DNA of 64,000 nucleotides, taken from a bacterium (lineage in GTDB: Bacteria; UBA8248). The notes below the pieces were generated by a model. The model worked only from the letters and a program-made list of their open reading frames with translations. It searched no databases and was not told the origin of the DNA. The DNA is taken from assembly GCA_965213625.1 (NCBI GenBank), contig CBDBZU010000004.1:352001-416000 (forward strand). The letters run 5' to 3'. Position 1 is the first letter of the stretch, and the number at the start of each line of letters is the position of its first letter. Made by a program: the position numbers and the translations under genes. Below are positions 9,465 to 20,171 of this stretch, piece by piece.

Positions 9465-11129
9465 TCAGATACTATTGAAACCTTTTTCAATCTTTTCAAA
9501 TACCTTTCCAAATACACGGAGTGTTTCTTTCGATAACTTGATATCCGATTCACCACCATTCATCGTCTCAAAAAACTTTTTCGCAAGTAAAACCTTGTCT
9601 AACTGTTGATTCTTTAGGAATTTTGAATTTAAGGTTTTAGAATCTTCATTTTTCGATTCTTCATCTTTAAGCACAAAATTGTTAAAATCATCTTGTGTGA
9701 ACAAATCCTCAGTAGAATAATTGTTTTCTTCTGAAATAAAAATAATCCGATTATCTTCGATCAATAATTTCTCGCGAAGTTCCTTGGCTGTTTTATTCCC
9801 TTGCGAATCATTATCTAAAACTGCCCAAAAACCTAAATCCCAGCCAATTAATAAAGAGACAAGCTGAGAGATTCTTGACGCTCCCACACATGGGATGAAA
9901 TTTACCTCATTCGTGTTCGTACTCTTTCGCAATGCTTGGAGAAAGTAATAATCAGAGATGCCTTCCAATAAAACATTTTTCTTTCCTACAATCGAGAATC
10001 CGCTCGATAGATCAAGACCAATCTTTGTAATAATCGGGTTAAGAGTTTCTGCTTCTGCGCCTTTGTGAATTTTATTCTCGATCCGTGTTCCAGTTTGGTC
10101 GTCTTTAGAAATCAACCGCACTCTGTCCAAGCGGTGTGTATCGATTAAGTACGGTGAATGCGTACTTATGATAACTTGTGATTTCTCAGAAATATTTTCG
10201 AACACTTTCAATACATCTTCCTGCGCCTTAGCGTGGAGGTATAGTCCGGGCTCATCGATCAAAATTACATTTCTTCCCTGGCCTTGCTCTGCATTGAGTC
10301 TCAGATAAAAAGAGAGAAACCATTGAAATCCTTGACTTCGTTGTTCCGGCTTAAATAACAAGCTACTACCAGATTCCTTAACACCAAATCGCAGATTTGC
10401 TCCGTCCGGTTCAGCTACAAGGTCAAGTTCATCTTGTTCCCAATGGTCCTTGAAATCACCACTGATGCTTGCGGAATGCGCACTTAATATATTTCTACGC
10501 TGCTGAGAGTCATTTGAGTTGATGACTTTGTCTAAATCAAGACCGGATACTTTTGCAAAATCTTGTACTGACCTATTATCCTTTGCCTGTGAAAGCGGGA
10601 GTTCGAACGGTAGAATATCTTCAAAATCACTAAAGAAAATAAATTTAGGTAAGTACCGAACAAACATGTATAAAAATTTATCGGTATGGTCTTCCTCATC
10701 TAAATCAACATCTTCATCTTCATTATCTTCTAGCTTTGTTCCCTCTATCGCCTGTTTCACTAGTTGTTTTGTTTCTTCATTCAACTCATATTCACCATCA
10801 GAAAATTTGGTAATAAAAAAATTATTCTTGGATAGGTTTTCTAATATGTCTGCAAAAATTGTAATATTTGCTTCTTCGGCAATTGACCCGAGAATCGAAT
10901 CTGAGACTTGAAAACACAATTCAATTTTAGGGTCGCCACCACCATCAAGTGGTTTTGCCGAATCAGGAATTGGCTCAGAGTTAAAATCAAAATACTTTAA
11001 AGCTTCTAGAATCGCACTTTTTCCTGACTCATTTTTTCCTGCAATGGTGGTTACATCAGAGGCTAGCCAACACCATCCAGAATCTTTGATTGATTTATAA
11101 TATTGGATACGGAATTTGATTAGTTTCAT
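9465..11129 (-). CDS. OLD-family ATP-dependent nuclease (ABC-type ATPase + TOPRIM)
   Basis: GKNESGKS, RSQGFQWFLSF, LIDEPGLYLH, STHSP, TOPRIM LLEGISD and LDND; markedly AT-rich relative to flanks. Confidence 0.88.
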   Translation of the reverse strand: MKLIKFRIQYYKSIKDSGWCWLASDVTTIAGKNESGKSAILEALKYFDFNSEPIPDSAKPLDGGGDPKIELCFQVSDSILGSIAEEANITIFADILENLSKNNFFITKFSDGEYELNEETKQLVKQAIEGTKLEDNEDEDVDLDEEDHTDKFLYMFVRYLPKFIFFSDFEDILPFELPLSQAKDNRSVQDFAKVSGLDLDKVINSNDSQQRRNILSAHSASISGDFKDHWEQDELDLVAEPDGANLRFGVKESGSSLLFKPEQRSQGFQWFLSFYLRLNAEQGQGRNVILIDEPGLYLHAKAQEDVLKVFENISEKSQVIISTHSPYLIDTHRLDRVRLISKDDQTGTRIENKIHKGAEAETLNPIITKIGLDLSSGFSIVGKKNVLLEGISDYYFLQALRKSTNTNEVNFIPCVGASRISQLVSLLIGWDLGFWAVLDNDSQGNKTAKELREKLLIEDNRIIFISEENNYSTEDLFTQDDFNNFVLKDEESKNEDSKTLNSKFLKNQQLDKVLLAKKFFETMNGGESDIKLSKETLRVFGKVFEKIEKGFNSI

Positions 11130-11627
11130 CTCTAAATTAGAACCTCATCATTTGGACTCTTCATCGAGCATCCCTGCTTTGCTACCCATATAGTCAAACA
11201 CCACTCAAAATTTCACCCCAACCCTTCTCCATCAATGCATAGAACTCATAGAGCACAATCTGGATATTCTCAGTATTAGCGACGACCTTTTTAGCACATC
11301 CTTGATAATGAGACTCCTTGTGGAACGACTTTTTCTCGGCGTAGTGATCATGCTGACTGTGGTGAGCGAGAACCTTCCAGGAACTCGCTCGGGAATATTC
11401 TCAACCTCAAGTAGAAGCTTACGCCGAAACCGACTCAGGATACGATCTTTCGCTGCAGCTAGTCGTAGATATAAGTCGTCCCCAGCGTCATGTTGTCGCG
11501 CTTGCAGAAAGTCCTCCCTCGGTTCCGGCGCGTGCAGCGATAATGCTAGGATGGGTTTCATCACAAAACCCGGAAGGCCCCGGAAAGAAAACCCCGGTCG
11601 GCCTCGTTATCTGCAAAGGAGCGCGTC

Positions 11628-12803
11628 ATGCCGGAAGCACCTGCCAATACACGATGGTTCACTTACTTTCCCGAGGATTACCGTTGGTCATCGGGCGTCG
11701 TGAACTGCCTCTCTGTGGCCCCCTGGGGCGGGGCGGACATCGGCGAGGTCGATCAGGTAGGGAGACGGCTCAGGAAAGACGTCGGAAACGACGCGCTCTG
11801 GTTCCGCGAGTGGGTCCGCATGGCGAACAAGGTGCGCGATTTGGGCCTGAAGGAGGAGGAGAACAACCACCGCCTGAGCGCCGCCTACCACCACAAGCGC
11901 GCGGCGATGTACTTTCAAATTGCCGAGCGCTTCCGCACGCCCAAGGACAAGCGGGCGAAAGACGCCTACAAGCTCGCGCTGGACAGTTTCCTGCGCTTCA
12001 CGAAGCTCACCGACGCGCCGAAGATCGAACGCGTGGAAGTACCGTACGAGAACGGCGTGAACCTGCCGGGGTATTTCGTGCACGCGCAGAACACGAAAAA
12101 GGCCAAGCCGCCCGTTATTGTCTACTTCGACGGTCTCGACATCACGAAGGAGATTCAATACTTGAGGGGCGTCGAGGAATTCGTGCGGCGCGGCATGAGT
12201 TGTCTCGTCATGGACGGGCCGGGCACCGGCGAAGCCATCCGCTTCAGGGAACAATACCTGCGGCCTGACTATGAAGTCGCAGGCTCGGCCGCGCTCGATT
12301 ATCTCGAAACGCGCGGGGACGTGAACGCAAAAAAAGCCGCCGTAATCGGCATCAGCCTGGGTGGGTACTACGCGCCGCGCATCGCCAGCATGGAGAGGCG
12401 CTATAAGGCGTGCGTCGCCTGGGGGGCGTGCTGGGATTATCATGCAACGTGGAAAAAGCGCGTCGCCGCCTCGATGCAGACGGAACTCTCGGTACCCGGC
12501 CACCACATCCTGTGGATTTTCAACACGACGAATTTTGAGGATACCTTCAAGAAGCTCGAGGGTTTCCGCTTAGACGGCGTCGTGCAGAAGATGCGGTGCC
12601 CCTTCCTGCTTACCCACGGAATCGACGACAAGCAGGTGCCCACGATAGACGCGCGCAAACTCTTTAACGCCGTGGGTTCGAAGGACAAGACGCTCAAGAT
12701 ATTCACCGTCAGGGAGGGGGGCTCCCAGCACTGCCAGAGGGATAACCTCTCGCTCGGCGTCACCTACATCGCGGACTGGCTGATGGAGAAGCTCAAGCCG
12801 TGA
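11628..12803 (+). CDS. Alpha/beta hydrolase, FrsA/2,6-dihydroxypseudooxynicotine hydrolase-like (paralog 1)
   Basis: GLDITKE, DGPGTGE, GISLGGYYAPR, HG.DDKQ, GGSQHCQ. Confidence 0.88.
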   Translation: MPEAPANTRWFTYFPEDYRWSSGVVNCLSVAPWGGADIGEVDQVGRRLRKDVGNDALWFREWVRMANKVRDLGLKEEENNHRLSAAYHHKRAAMYFQIAERFRTPKDKRAKDAYKLALDSFLRFTKLTDAPKIERVEVPYENGVNLPGYFVHAQNTKKAKPPVIVYFDGLDITKEIQYLRGVEEFVRRGMSCLVMDGPGTGEAIRFREQYLRPDYEVAGSAALDYLETRGDVNAKKAAVIGISLGGYYAPRIASMERRYKACVAWGACWDYHATWKKRVAASMQTELSVPGHHILWIFNTTNFEDTFKKLEGFRLDGVVQKMRCPFLLTHGIDDKQVPTIDARKLFNAVGSKDKTLKIFTVREGGSQHCQRDNLSLGVTYIADWLMEKLKP

Positions 12804-12911
12804 GGATTGAACTCGACCAGAGAGGGATTCCGGGAATCACTCCTTTGTGGGACGCCAACTCTTATGCCGGCGCATGCCTCTAAGGTGGTTGAGATCACAT
12901 CTGCGCAGCCA

Positions 12912-12937
12912 CAGGGGCGAGTCGCAAATCGCCCCTG
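12912..12937. repeat. Degenerate REP-like palindrome
   Basis: CAGGGGCGA-N8-TCGCCCCTG. Confidence 0.4.
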
Positions 12938-13143
12938 CGGCATTACCCATAACAGTTCCTATACCTCGTGTATTGAGTCGCAACCGCCCGTAATGTGAAC
13001 GAGTACCTTGAATTAGTTTTGGATTATAGGGATAATACCGTGAATCGGGTGTGAATAATCCCACTTTGAAATGACTTCAGTACGAATTCTGCACCTTCCG
13101 GTAACCTTTTCGGCCAATTCCCCCGCCGGAAGGAGGCAGACCC

Positions 13144-15492
13144 ATGACAGACGGCAACGACCGCGAGGTCGGCGAGGAAGCCCCGAAAGCACGCCATTCC
13201 GGCTTGGCCGCAGCGATGCTGCGCATCGGCGCGAGTCTCGATCTGGAAACAGTCTTCAAAGAGGTAGCCGAAAGCGCCCGCAAGCTGACCGGCGCGCGCT
13301 ACGCCTTAATCGTAACCATCGACGAAACGGGCGTCCCCCTGGATATCGTCACTTCGGGCTTCACCGAAGAACAAGGCCGCAACATGGTGGAATGGCCCGA
13401 TGGACCGAAGCTCTTCGAGTTTTTCCGTGATCTGCAGGGGCCGTTTCGCATCCCCGATATGTCGGCTTACACCCGATCACTCGGCTTCTCGACCGAATTC
13501 ATGCCGTCGACGACGTCGAAGACTTTCCAGGGAACGCCGATGCACCACCGGGGAATTCACGTCGGCAACTTTTATCTCCTCGATAAGGAAGGTGGGGAGG
13601 AGTTTACGGATGCCGATGAGGAGGTATTGCTGCTGTTCGCCGCTCAAGCGGCCGCCGCCATTGCGCATGCCCGCGCCTACAGCGACGAACGGCGCGCGCG
13701 CGCCGACCTCGAGGCGCTCATCGAGACTTCGCCGGTCGGGGTTGCGGTGTTCGACGCGGCGAGCGGAAAACCGGTCTCGTTCAACCGCGAGGTGAGACGG
13801 ATATTCGATAGCCTTCTCATGCCGGGCCAGCCGCTGGAACAATTGCCGGAAATCATAACCTGCAGGTTCACCGACGGGCGCGAGATCGCGCTCTCGGAGT
13901 TGCCAATGTCTGCGGTGTTGTCCAGCGCGGAGATCGTGCGCGCCGAGGAGATAGAAATCTCCCTCCCCGACGGGCGCAAAATGACCACACTCATCAACGT
14001 GACCCCGATTCACGACGAAAACGACACGCCCCTTTCCGTGGTGGTCACCATGCAGGACCTCGCACCGCTCAAGGAATTGGAGCGCATGCGCGCCGAGTTC
14101 CTCGGCATGGTGAGCCACGAACTGCGTGCGCCGCTGACCGCGATTAAGGGCTCGGCCGCCACGGCCCTCCGCCGCCCGTGATACTTCGCCCCGGCGGAGA
14201 TCGAGCAGTTTTTCCGCATCATCGAGGAGCAGGCCGACCGCATGGACAGCCTCATCAGAGACCTCCTGGACGCCGGCCGCATCGAGGCGGGTATGCTCTC
14301 CGTCACGCCCGCTCCTTCGGAGGTGACATATCTGCTCGACCGGGCACGGGCTACATTCCTTTCCGGGGGTAGCCAGCACCGGGTTGTCATCGACCTGCCG
14401 CCGGACCTCCCTCGGGTCATGGCGGACCAGGAGCGTATCTTGCAGGTGCTGAACAATCTCTTGTCTAACGCCGCCCGACACTCGCCCGAGTATTCGACGA
14501 TACGGGTAGAGGCGGCGCGCGAGAGCGTGTATGTCGCCATCACGGTCTCGGATGAGGGCCACGGCATTTCCCCGGACCAACTGGCGAAACTGTTCCGTAG
14601 ATACGTCCGTGACGGAGAGCGCGGGGTCGGGGGCGGGCTCGGCCTCAGCATCTGCAAGGGCTTGGTAGAGGCGCATGGGGGACGCATCCGGGCCGAATGT
14701 GAGGGCCCTGGCCGGGGAGCGCGCTTTACTTTTACCCTCCCGGAGGCTATTGAGGCCAATCCCGCGCCTACCGGCGAAGTGCGGAGTCTGACTGCGGCGC
14801 GCCACCACGACCGCGAACGAATTCGCATCCTCGTGATCGACGACGACCCGGAGACGCTGCGCTTTGTCAGAGACGCGCTTGGTGAGGCAGGCTATGCCCC
14901 GCTGGCGGCGGGCGGCCATGAAGAGCTCAACTACGTCCTCGAAACGGAGAAACCCGCTTTGGTACTGCTCGACCTGATGATGCCGGGAACCGACGGCATC
15001 GAACTGATGGGACAAGTGCCTGGGCTCTCGAACGTCCCTGTCATCTTCATCTCCGGCTATGGCCGCGACGAGACGATCGCGCGGGCGCTCGAGGCCGGCG
15101 CCGAGGACTACATCGTAAAACCCTTCTCTCCGACGGAGCTGGTGGCGCGGGTCAGGGCGGCGCTCCGCCGCCGGACCGAGCCGGAACCCTTCGTACTGGG
15201 CGACCTCGCTATCGACTATGAACGCCGCCGGGCAAGCATCGGCGGGCGTCCTGTTTCGCTCACGGCGACGGAATACGATCTATTACGCGCCCTCTCGCTT
15301 GGCGCCGGGCGGGTGTTGACCTACGAGGCCCTGCTGCGACAAGTCTGGAGCGGGCGCAGCAGCGATGCGCGTATCGTGCGGGCCTACGTCAAGAGACTGC
15401 GCCGCAAGCTCGGCGACGACGCCAAGAGGCCCGCCTACATCCTGACCGAGCTCCGAGTCGGCTACCGCATGCTCCGTCCGGACGATCTGTAA
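13144..15492 (+). pseudogene. Hybrid GAF-PAS-HisKA-HATPase-REC-wHTH sensor/regulator interrupted by in-frame TGA at 14179-14181
   Basis: Two ORFs in one frame; SHELRAPL H-box precedes the stop, YFAPAEIEQFFRIIEEQADRM follows it, then N/G boxes, LLDLMMPG receiver and OmpR-type wHTH. Confidence 0.75.
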
Positions 15493-15510
15493 AGGCCCGG
15501 GCGCCTTGGC

Positions 15511-15579
15511 GTCACCGTCTCGATGAAAACGGAACTATCCGTATCTGGCCATAACTTCATGTGTATTTTCGACACGACC
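15511..15579 (+). pseudogene. 69-bp fragment of alpha/beta hydrolase gene
   Basis: 54/69 nt identical to 12462-12530; VTVSMKTELSVSGHNFMCIFDTT vs VAASMQTELSVPGHHILWIFNTT. Confidence 0.8.
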
Positions 15580-15604
15580 AGGCGGTGAGGGTTTGTAGCT
15601 GGTG

Positions 15605-15632
15605 GTAGGGACAGGTCGCGACCTGTCCCTAC
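15605..15632. repeat. GTAG-type REP palindrome
   Basis: Perfect 28-bp palindrome GTAGGGACAGGTCGCGACCTGTCCCTAC; second copy at 58074-58099. Confidence 0.85.
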
Positions 15633-16258
15633 AGGTAATTCCCCATTAGCCACTCCTCGGATTCCTCCCGAACGGCGCGCTCCTCCGCGCTGTGCTGGAG
15701 CACGATGTCCTTGGCGGGTGGGTGGCCGATTTTCGCGTTTCGCCAGCAATGGTAGCGGATGGCTGGGGGGTATCCTGAGAGGTCGATGGAGGCGTAGAAC
15801 GAGGCGGGTACTTCATCCGGCTTATACGGGTCCATCCTGTCTTTCTCGTAGATGTTGGTGCGCTTCCAGATGCGCCATGCGCCGTCTCGTTTTTCGAGCA
15901 GGGCGAGCACGCGGCTCCAGGTGGTGAAGTCAAGCTCCACGCCATCGATGAGCCTTCTCTGGTAGAGGATCAGGTCATGCTCGGCGGCGGCGCGATCGCC
16001 TGCCAGGCGAACCCAGGGGTTCGTGACGGTGTGCTTCTGGCTCTCGCCGGGGTGGCGCGCGATTTTCATCTTCTTTGCGTCTTCTACGAATTCATCCCGT
16101 GTACCGCTGAACCAGGAGGTGGTGAGCGAGGCGTCTGCGTGATAGCAATCGCGCCACTCCTCCCAGAGACCTGCATCGCGCGCATAGTTCACGACTGAGA
16201 GAACGTCTTTTATCTCGTTCTTGTCGACGCTCTCCTGAATTCTCCCCTCCACTTCCAT
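15629..16258 (-). CDS. SnoaL-like/NTF2 family protein
   Basis: ARDAGLWEEWRDCYHADA, LEKRDGAWRI, IYEKDRMDP. Confidence 0.8.
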   Translation of the reverse strand: MEVEGRIQESVDKNEIKDVLSVVNYARDAGLWEEWRDCYHADASLTTSWFSGTRDEFVEDAKKMKIARHPGESQKHTVTNPWVRLAGDRAAAEHDLILYQRRLIDGVELDFTTWSRVLALLEKRDGAWRIWKRTNIYEKDRMDPYKPDEVPASFYASIDLSGYPPAIRYHCWRNAKIGHPPAKDIVLQHSAEERAVREESEEWLMGNYL

Positions 16259-16267
16259 AAGGTTTCC

Positions 16268-16684
16268 TCAAATGAACTCGTGCACTTCGGCGAACATGCC
16301 CTTTACGATCCCCCCGCTCAGATGTCCGACCAGGACTTCGCCCGCCTGGTAGGGGCCGCCGCTGAGCGCCAGATGGAGGTGGATGTAGGGTTTGGGTTCT
16401 TCCCAGGTCTCATCCCCCCGGACGGCGGGAGGCTTATCGGGCCAGGAGATGTTCCCCACGGCGATGAGTTCGCGCCAGTCGTGGAAATAGCGCAGCGCCG
16501 AGGGGCCGATGATTTCGCGGAAACCCGTGCGGATGTCCGATTCCTTGAGCGCGCCGAATACGATGAGCGAGGCGCTCCGTATGTTCTTCTCCATCACGAA
16601 GCGCTCGAATTCCCCATAAAAATCATCGTCCTCATCGAATTCCAGATGAAAGACGCGCCCCAGTTTTTTCTCTTCCGCTCGCAT
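16268..16684 (-). CDS. PPC/DUF296 domain protein
   Basis: ELIAVGNI, HLHLALS, VGHL; start ATG 16684 directly after upstream stop. Confidence 0.8.
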   Translation of the reverse strand: MRAEEKKLGRVFHLEFDEDDDFYGEFERFVMEKNIRSASLIVFGALKESDIRTGFREIIGPSALRYFHDWRELIAVGNISWPDKPPAVRGDETWEEPKPYIHLHLALSGGPYQAGEVLVGHLSGGIVKGMFAEVHEFI

Positions 16685-16686
16685 TG

Positions 16687-17550
16687 CTATCCCTCCTTCA
16701 CCTCCGCGTAGAGGTTCTCGAGCCCCCGGCGGAATGTCCGCCTCCTGTGCGCAACCCACGATTCGCCCCGCCCCGTATCGGACCAGAAGAATTTCTCGAA
16801 ACCGGCATCCGAGGCGGCGGCTTCCCGCTCGGTTCCTTTCTCCACCAGCTTTTCCATCATTCCCCACATTTCTTCGAAATCGTTCCGGAAGCGCCGCACC
16901 TCTTCGGTTCCGCATATCTCCCCGTGGCCGGGGACGACGTGCGCGGCGGGCAGGCTCTCCATCCACGCGAGCGCCTCTATCCATTCCCGAAAGCGGGCCT
17001 CGCGCATCCCGGGACCCGGCTCGTTGATCATCACGTCGCCCGTGAAGATGACGCCTTCTTCCGGCACGTACACCGAACTGCAGGCGGGCGTATGGCCGCC
17101 CAGGCGGTAAATCTCGAACGTCAGGGGGTGGAGATGGAGCGTCATCCCCTCATCGAAACAGACTTGCGGCAGGGGCAGGACGGCTTCCGCGATTTCCTTC
17201 GCCTCATCATGCGCCCCGATTTCATCTAACGTGTTGATGAAGGTTTCGCGACCGGCGAGTGGGTTATCCTTCGCGGCGAGCGCATCGAACACGCGCTGGG
17301 GCGCGAGGGAGATTACCCCCTCATCCTCGATGAACGCGGAGCCGATGGTGTGATCGCCGTGATAATCCGTCGAAATGCGGTAGCGGATGCCATTGGGACT
17401 GAGCGCCCTCAGTTCTTCCTGCCAGCGGCGTGAATCCGAGGGCCGTACCGGGCAGTCGATGAGCACGACACCGGCCTCGGTGACGCCTGCGCCCACGTTT
17501 GCCCAGAGATATTCCGTCTCCGCCACCAGGTGTTCGCTCAGGCGCCGCAT
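16687..17550 (-). CDS. MBL-fold metallo-hydrolase
   Basis: TDYHGDH (variant HxHxDH), GGHTP, FTGD, VPGHG. Confidence 0.9.
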   Translation of the reverse strand: MRRLSEHLVAETEYLWANVGAGVTEAGVVLIDCPVRPSDSRRWQEELRALSPNGIRYRISTDYHGDHTIGSAFIEDEGVISLAPQRVFDALAAKDNPLAGRETFINTLDEIGAHDEAKEIAEAVLPLPQVCFDEGMTLHLHPLTFEIYRLGGHTPACSSVYVPEEGVIFTGDVMINEPGPGMREARFREWIEALAWMESLPAAHVVPGHGEICGTEEVRRFRNDFEEMWGMMEKLVEKGTEREAAASDAGFEKFFWSDTGRGESWVAHRRRTFRRGLENLYAEVKEG

Positions 17551-17580
17551 ATCCTGTTCCGTCTCTTTGTAAACGCCCGA

Positions 17581-17605
17581 GCGGGGGCGCGAAACGCGCC
17601 CCCGC
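17581..17605. terminator. GC-rich hairpin after tctC (terminator or stabiliser)
   Basis: GCGGGGGCGCG-AAA-CGCGCCCCCGC; no long U tract. Confidence 0.5.
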
Positions 17606-17639
17606 CCTCATGGTTGCTTCCCCGTGAACGCCCGGAGCT

Positions 17640-18626
17640 TCAGTTTCTGATTTTCACCCCTGCGTTCTTGTAGATGTCCTTGTTGCTCTCGTATTCCGCT
17701 CTCACTTCTTTCAGGAGCTTCTCGCCGACGACGGGCTCGGCCTTGACGCCCATCTTCCTGAGCAGACGTTTGAAGGTCTTGTCCTTCGCCATCTTGAGCA
17801 GGGCCTTCGTCAGGATGTCGATGCGATCCTTAGGCGTCCCCGCCGGCACCATGATGATGCGCTTCGAAGACAGCAGGAGGTCGACCCCCTGCTCTCTGAA
17901 GGTCGGCACGTCCGGGAAAAGCGGGAAGCGCTTGGCGGCGGCGACACCCAGAATCCGGATTTTGCCGGACTTGTAGTTCGAGAGAACGCCGCCCGTCGCC
18001 GGGTTGGCGCCTGCGGTTTGCACGTGTCCGCCCAGCATGGCCTTCATGGCCGGACCGCCACCGCGGAAGGGAACGTGGGGCAACTTCGTCTTCGTGTCGT
18101 ATGCAATCTTGAGCATCATGGTGTGGCTCAGGCCATACGTCCCCGTGGAGCCGTGCTTGATCTTGCCTTTGCTCTTTTTCGCCGCGGCGATGTATTCCTT
18201 GAAGTTCTTCCACGGCTGGCTCCCCAGCGAGACGAGCAAGTAGGGGAGTTCGTTGATCTGGAACACGGGGATGAAATCCTTGAACGGGTCAAAACCCATG
18301 TCCTTCACGTGGGGCGACATGTAGAGATGGCTGTTCGCGCCCATCAAGAGGGTGTAGCCGTCCGGCTTGGCGCGCTTGAGCGCTCCCATTCCTATCTTTC
18401 CGCCGCCGCCCGGCATGAGCTGCACGTAGGCAGGCTGACCGATGTACTGGTGAAGCACGCTCGCCACGGCGCGCGAGTGCAGGTCGTGCGATCCCCCCGC
18501 GCCCAGGGGCACGATGATCTTGATGGGTTTCGAGGGGTACTTCTCCGCCGCGGCGGGCAGGGCGGTGAAGGTGAGGAGCCCGAGCGACAAAACTACCACC
18601 AAGGCGATCTTCCATGATTTGCGCAT
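17640..18626 (-). CDS. tctC: Tripartite tricarboxylate transporter substrate-binding protein
   Basis: Signal peptide, YPSKPIKIIVPLGAGGSHD, KPDGYTL, HVPFRGGG. Confidence 0.93.
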   Translation of the reverse strand: MRKSWKIALVVVLSLGLLTFTALPAAAEKYPSKPIKIIVPLGAGGSHDLHSRAVASVLHQYIGQPAYVQLMPGGGGKIGMGALKRAKPDGYTLLMGANSHLYMSPHVKDMGFDPFKDFIPVFQINELPYLLVSLGSQPWKNFKEYIAAAKKSKGKIKHGSTGTYGLSHTMMLKIAYDTKTKLPHVPFRGGGPAMKAMLGGHVQTAGANPATGGVLSNYKSGKIRILGVAAAKRFPLFPDVPTFREQGVDLLLSSKRIIMVPAGTPKDRIDILTKALLKMAKDKTFKRLLRKMGVKAEPVVGEKLLKEVRAEYESNKDIYKNAGVKIRN

Positions 18627-20164
18627 CATTTTGGTTCCTCCTTTGAAATGTTCGAATCAGCTACCGGTTGCGGTCTTAAGGTCTCGGCCCATGGTCGCTT
18701 CCAAATGCTCGTCACCAGCATGAGTATGGTCAAGCCGATGAAAAACGCCGCGATGGGGCGGGTGATGAAAACGGAATAATCGCCGTCGGAAATGATGAGC
18801 GCCTGCTGTAAGGCCTCCTCCGCCCGGGGCGCCAGGATGAACGCGATGACGAGCGGGGCCATCGGAAATTTGAGTTTTCTAAACCCGTATCCGAACAGGC
18901 CCGCGACGAGCGCCAGCACGAGGTCACCCAGATTGCTGTGATAGACGTACGCGCCGACCAGACAGGAAACGATGATGCCCGGCACCAGTAACGACTGGCG
19001 GATGGTGACGATCTTGGCGAACATGCCCGTCAATAGCCAGCCCTGGACCAGCATGATGGGGTTCCCTATCAGCAGCAGTGTGAAGATGGCGTACATCATG
19101 GGGGCGTGTTCCTGGAACAGGCTCGGTCCCGGCCGCAGCCCCTGGGCGATGAACGCGCCCATGAGTATCGCGGCGCTCGGATCTCCCGGGATGCCGAACG
19201 TGAGGGTGGGTATCAGGTCCGCGCCCGCCACCGCGCTGTTGGCGGCTTCTGAGGCCGCGACGCCCTCATAGCTGCCGTGGCCGTATTCTTCTGGTTTCTT
19301 GGAAGCCCGTTTCGCCGCCGCGTAGCTCACGAAGGTGGCGATGGCCGCTCCCGTGCCCGGAATCGCGCCGACGAAGGTGCCGATCATCGACGAGCGCAGG
19401 ATGGTGCGCGCCGAATGCCATACCTCGACGATCTTGAGTGTCCTGCCGCCTTTTAAGTGCAGGGTATCGGGCGGGCTCGAGAGGACGGAAGCCTTTTTTT
19501 CCGCTTGTATGAAAACCTCGCTCACGGCGAATAACCCGATGAGCAGGGGAACCACTCCAATCCCTTCGGCCAGTCCATGAAGACCGAACGTAAAGCGCTC
19601 TCCGCCCGAGATGATGTCCGTGCCCACCATTCCGAGTTGGAGTCCGATGATGGCCGACAGAACGCCCTTCACCAGGGAGGCGCCCGTCACGCTCGATATG
19701 ATGGCCAGCCCCATGAGCAGGAGCCCGAAGAACTCGGTCGGCCCGAACAGGAGCGCCACCGCCGCCAGCGGAAGCGCCGCCAGTATGAGAACGAGATCGC
19801 TGAAGGTATCGCCTATGGTGGAGGAGTAGAGCGCCATCTGGATCGCGCTCCTCGCCTCGCCTTTTTGCGCGAGCGGAAACCCGTCCATACAGGTTGCCGC
19901 CGCAGGCGCGGTTCCCGGCGTGTTCACCAGAATCGCGGGGATGGAGCCGCCGAAGAGCGTCCCCTTGTGAATCCCCAGCAAGAAAGGAATGCCCAGCACG
20001 GGCGGCATGAAAAAGGAGAAGGGCACCAGGATCGCGGTCGCCATCACGCTGGTGAGCCCCGGTATCGCGCCCACCGTGATGCCCACGAAGACCCCCAGCG
20101 CTATCATGGCAATACCCTGCCACGTGAGCGCCATCGTAACTCCCTCGATTATCTGCTCGAACAT
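18626..20164 (-). CDS. tctA: Tripartite tricarboxylate transporter permease
   Basis: GAIPGL, NTPGTAPAAATCMDGFPL, SEAAN, TLTFGIPG. Confidence 0.95.
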   Translation of the reverse strand: MFEQIIEGVTMALTWQGIAMIALGVFVGITVGAIPGLTSVMATAILVPFSFFMPPVLGIPFLLGIHKGTLFGGSIPAILVNTPGTAPAAATCMDGFPLAQKGEARSAIQMALYSSTIGDTFSDLVLILAALPLAAVALLFGPTEFFGLLLMGLAIISSVTGASLVKGVLSAIIGLQLGMVGTDIISGGERFTFGLHGLAEGIGVVPLLIGLFAVSEVFIQAEKKASVLSSPPDTLHLKGGRTLKIVEVWHSARTILRSSMIGTFVGAIPGTGAAIATFVSYAAAKRASKKPEEYGHGSYEGVAASEAANSAVAGADLIPTLTFGIPGDPSAAILMGAFIAQGLRPGPSLFQEHAPMMYAIFTLLLIGNPIMLVQGWLLTGMFAKIVTIRQSLLVPGIIVSCLVGAYVYHSNLGDLVLALVAGLFGYGFRKLKFPMAPLVIAFILAPRAEEALQQALIISDGDYSVFITRPIAAFFIGLTILMLVTSIWKRPWAETLRPQPVADSNISKEEPK

Positions 20165-20171
20165 ACGCGCC

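Noticed and set aside
11232-11703. Partner gene for the OLD nuclease
   Set aside because: ORFs on both strands lack recognisable domains and may be decayed sequence
12462-15579. Hydrolase fragment as a DGR template/variable repeat pair
   Set aside because: Only 6 of 15 mismatches fall at adenines of the putative template, and there is no reverse transcriptase in the window
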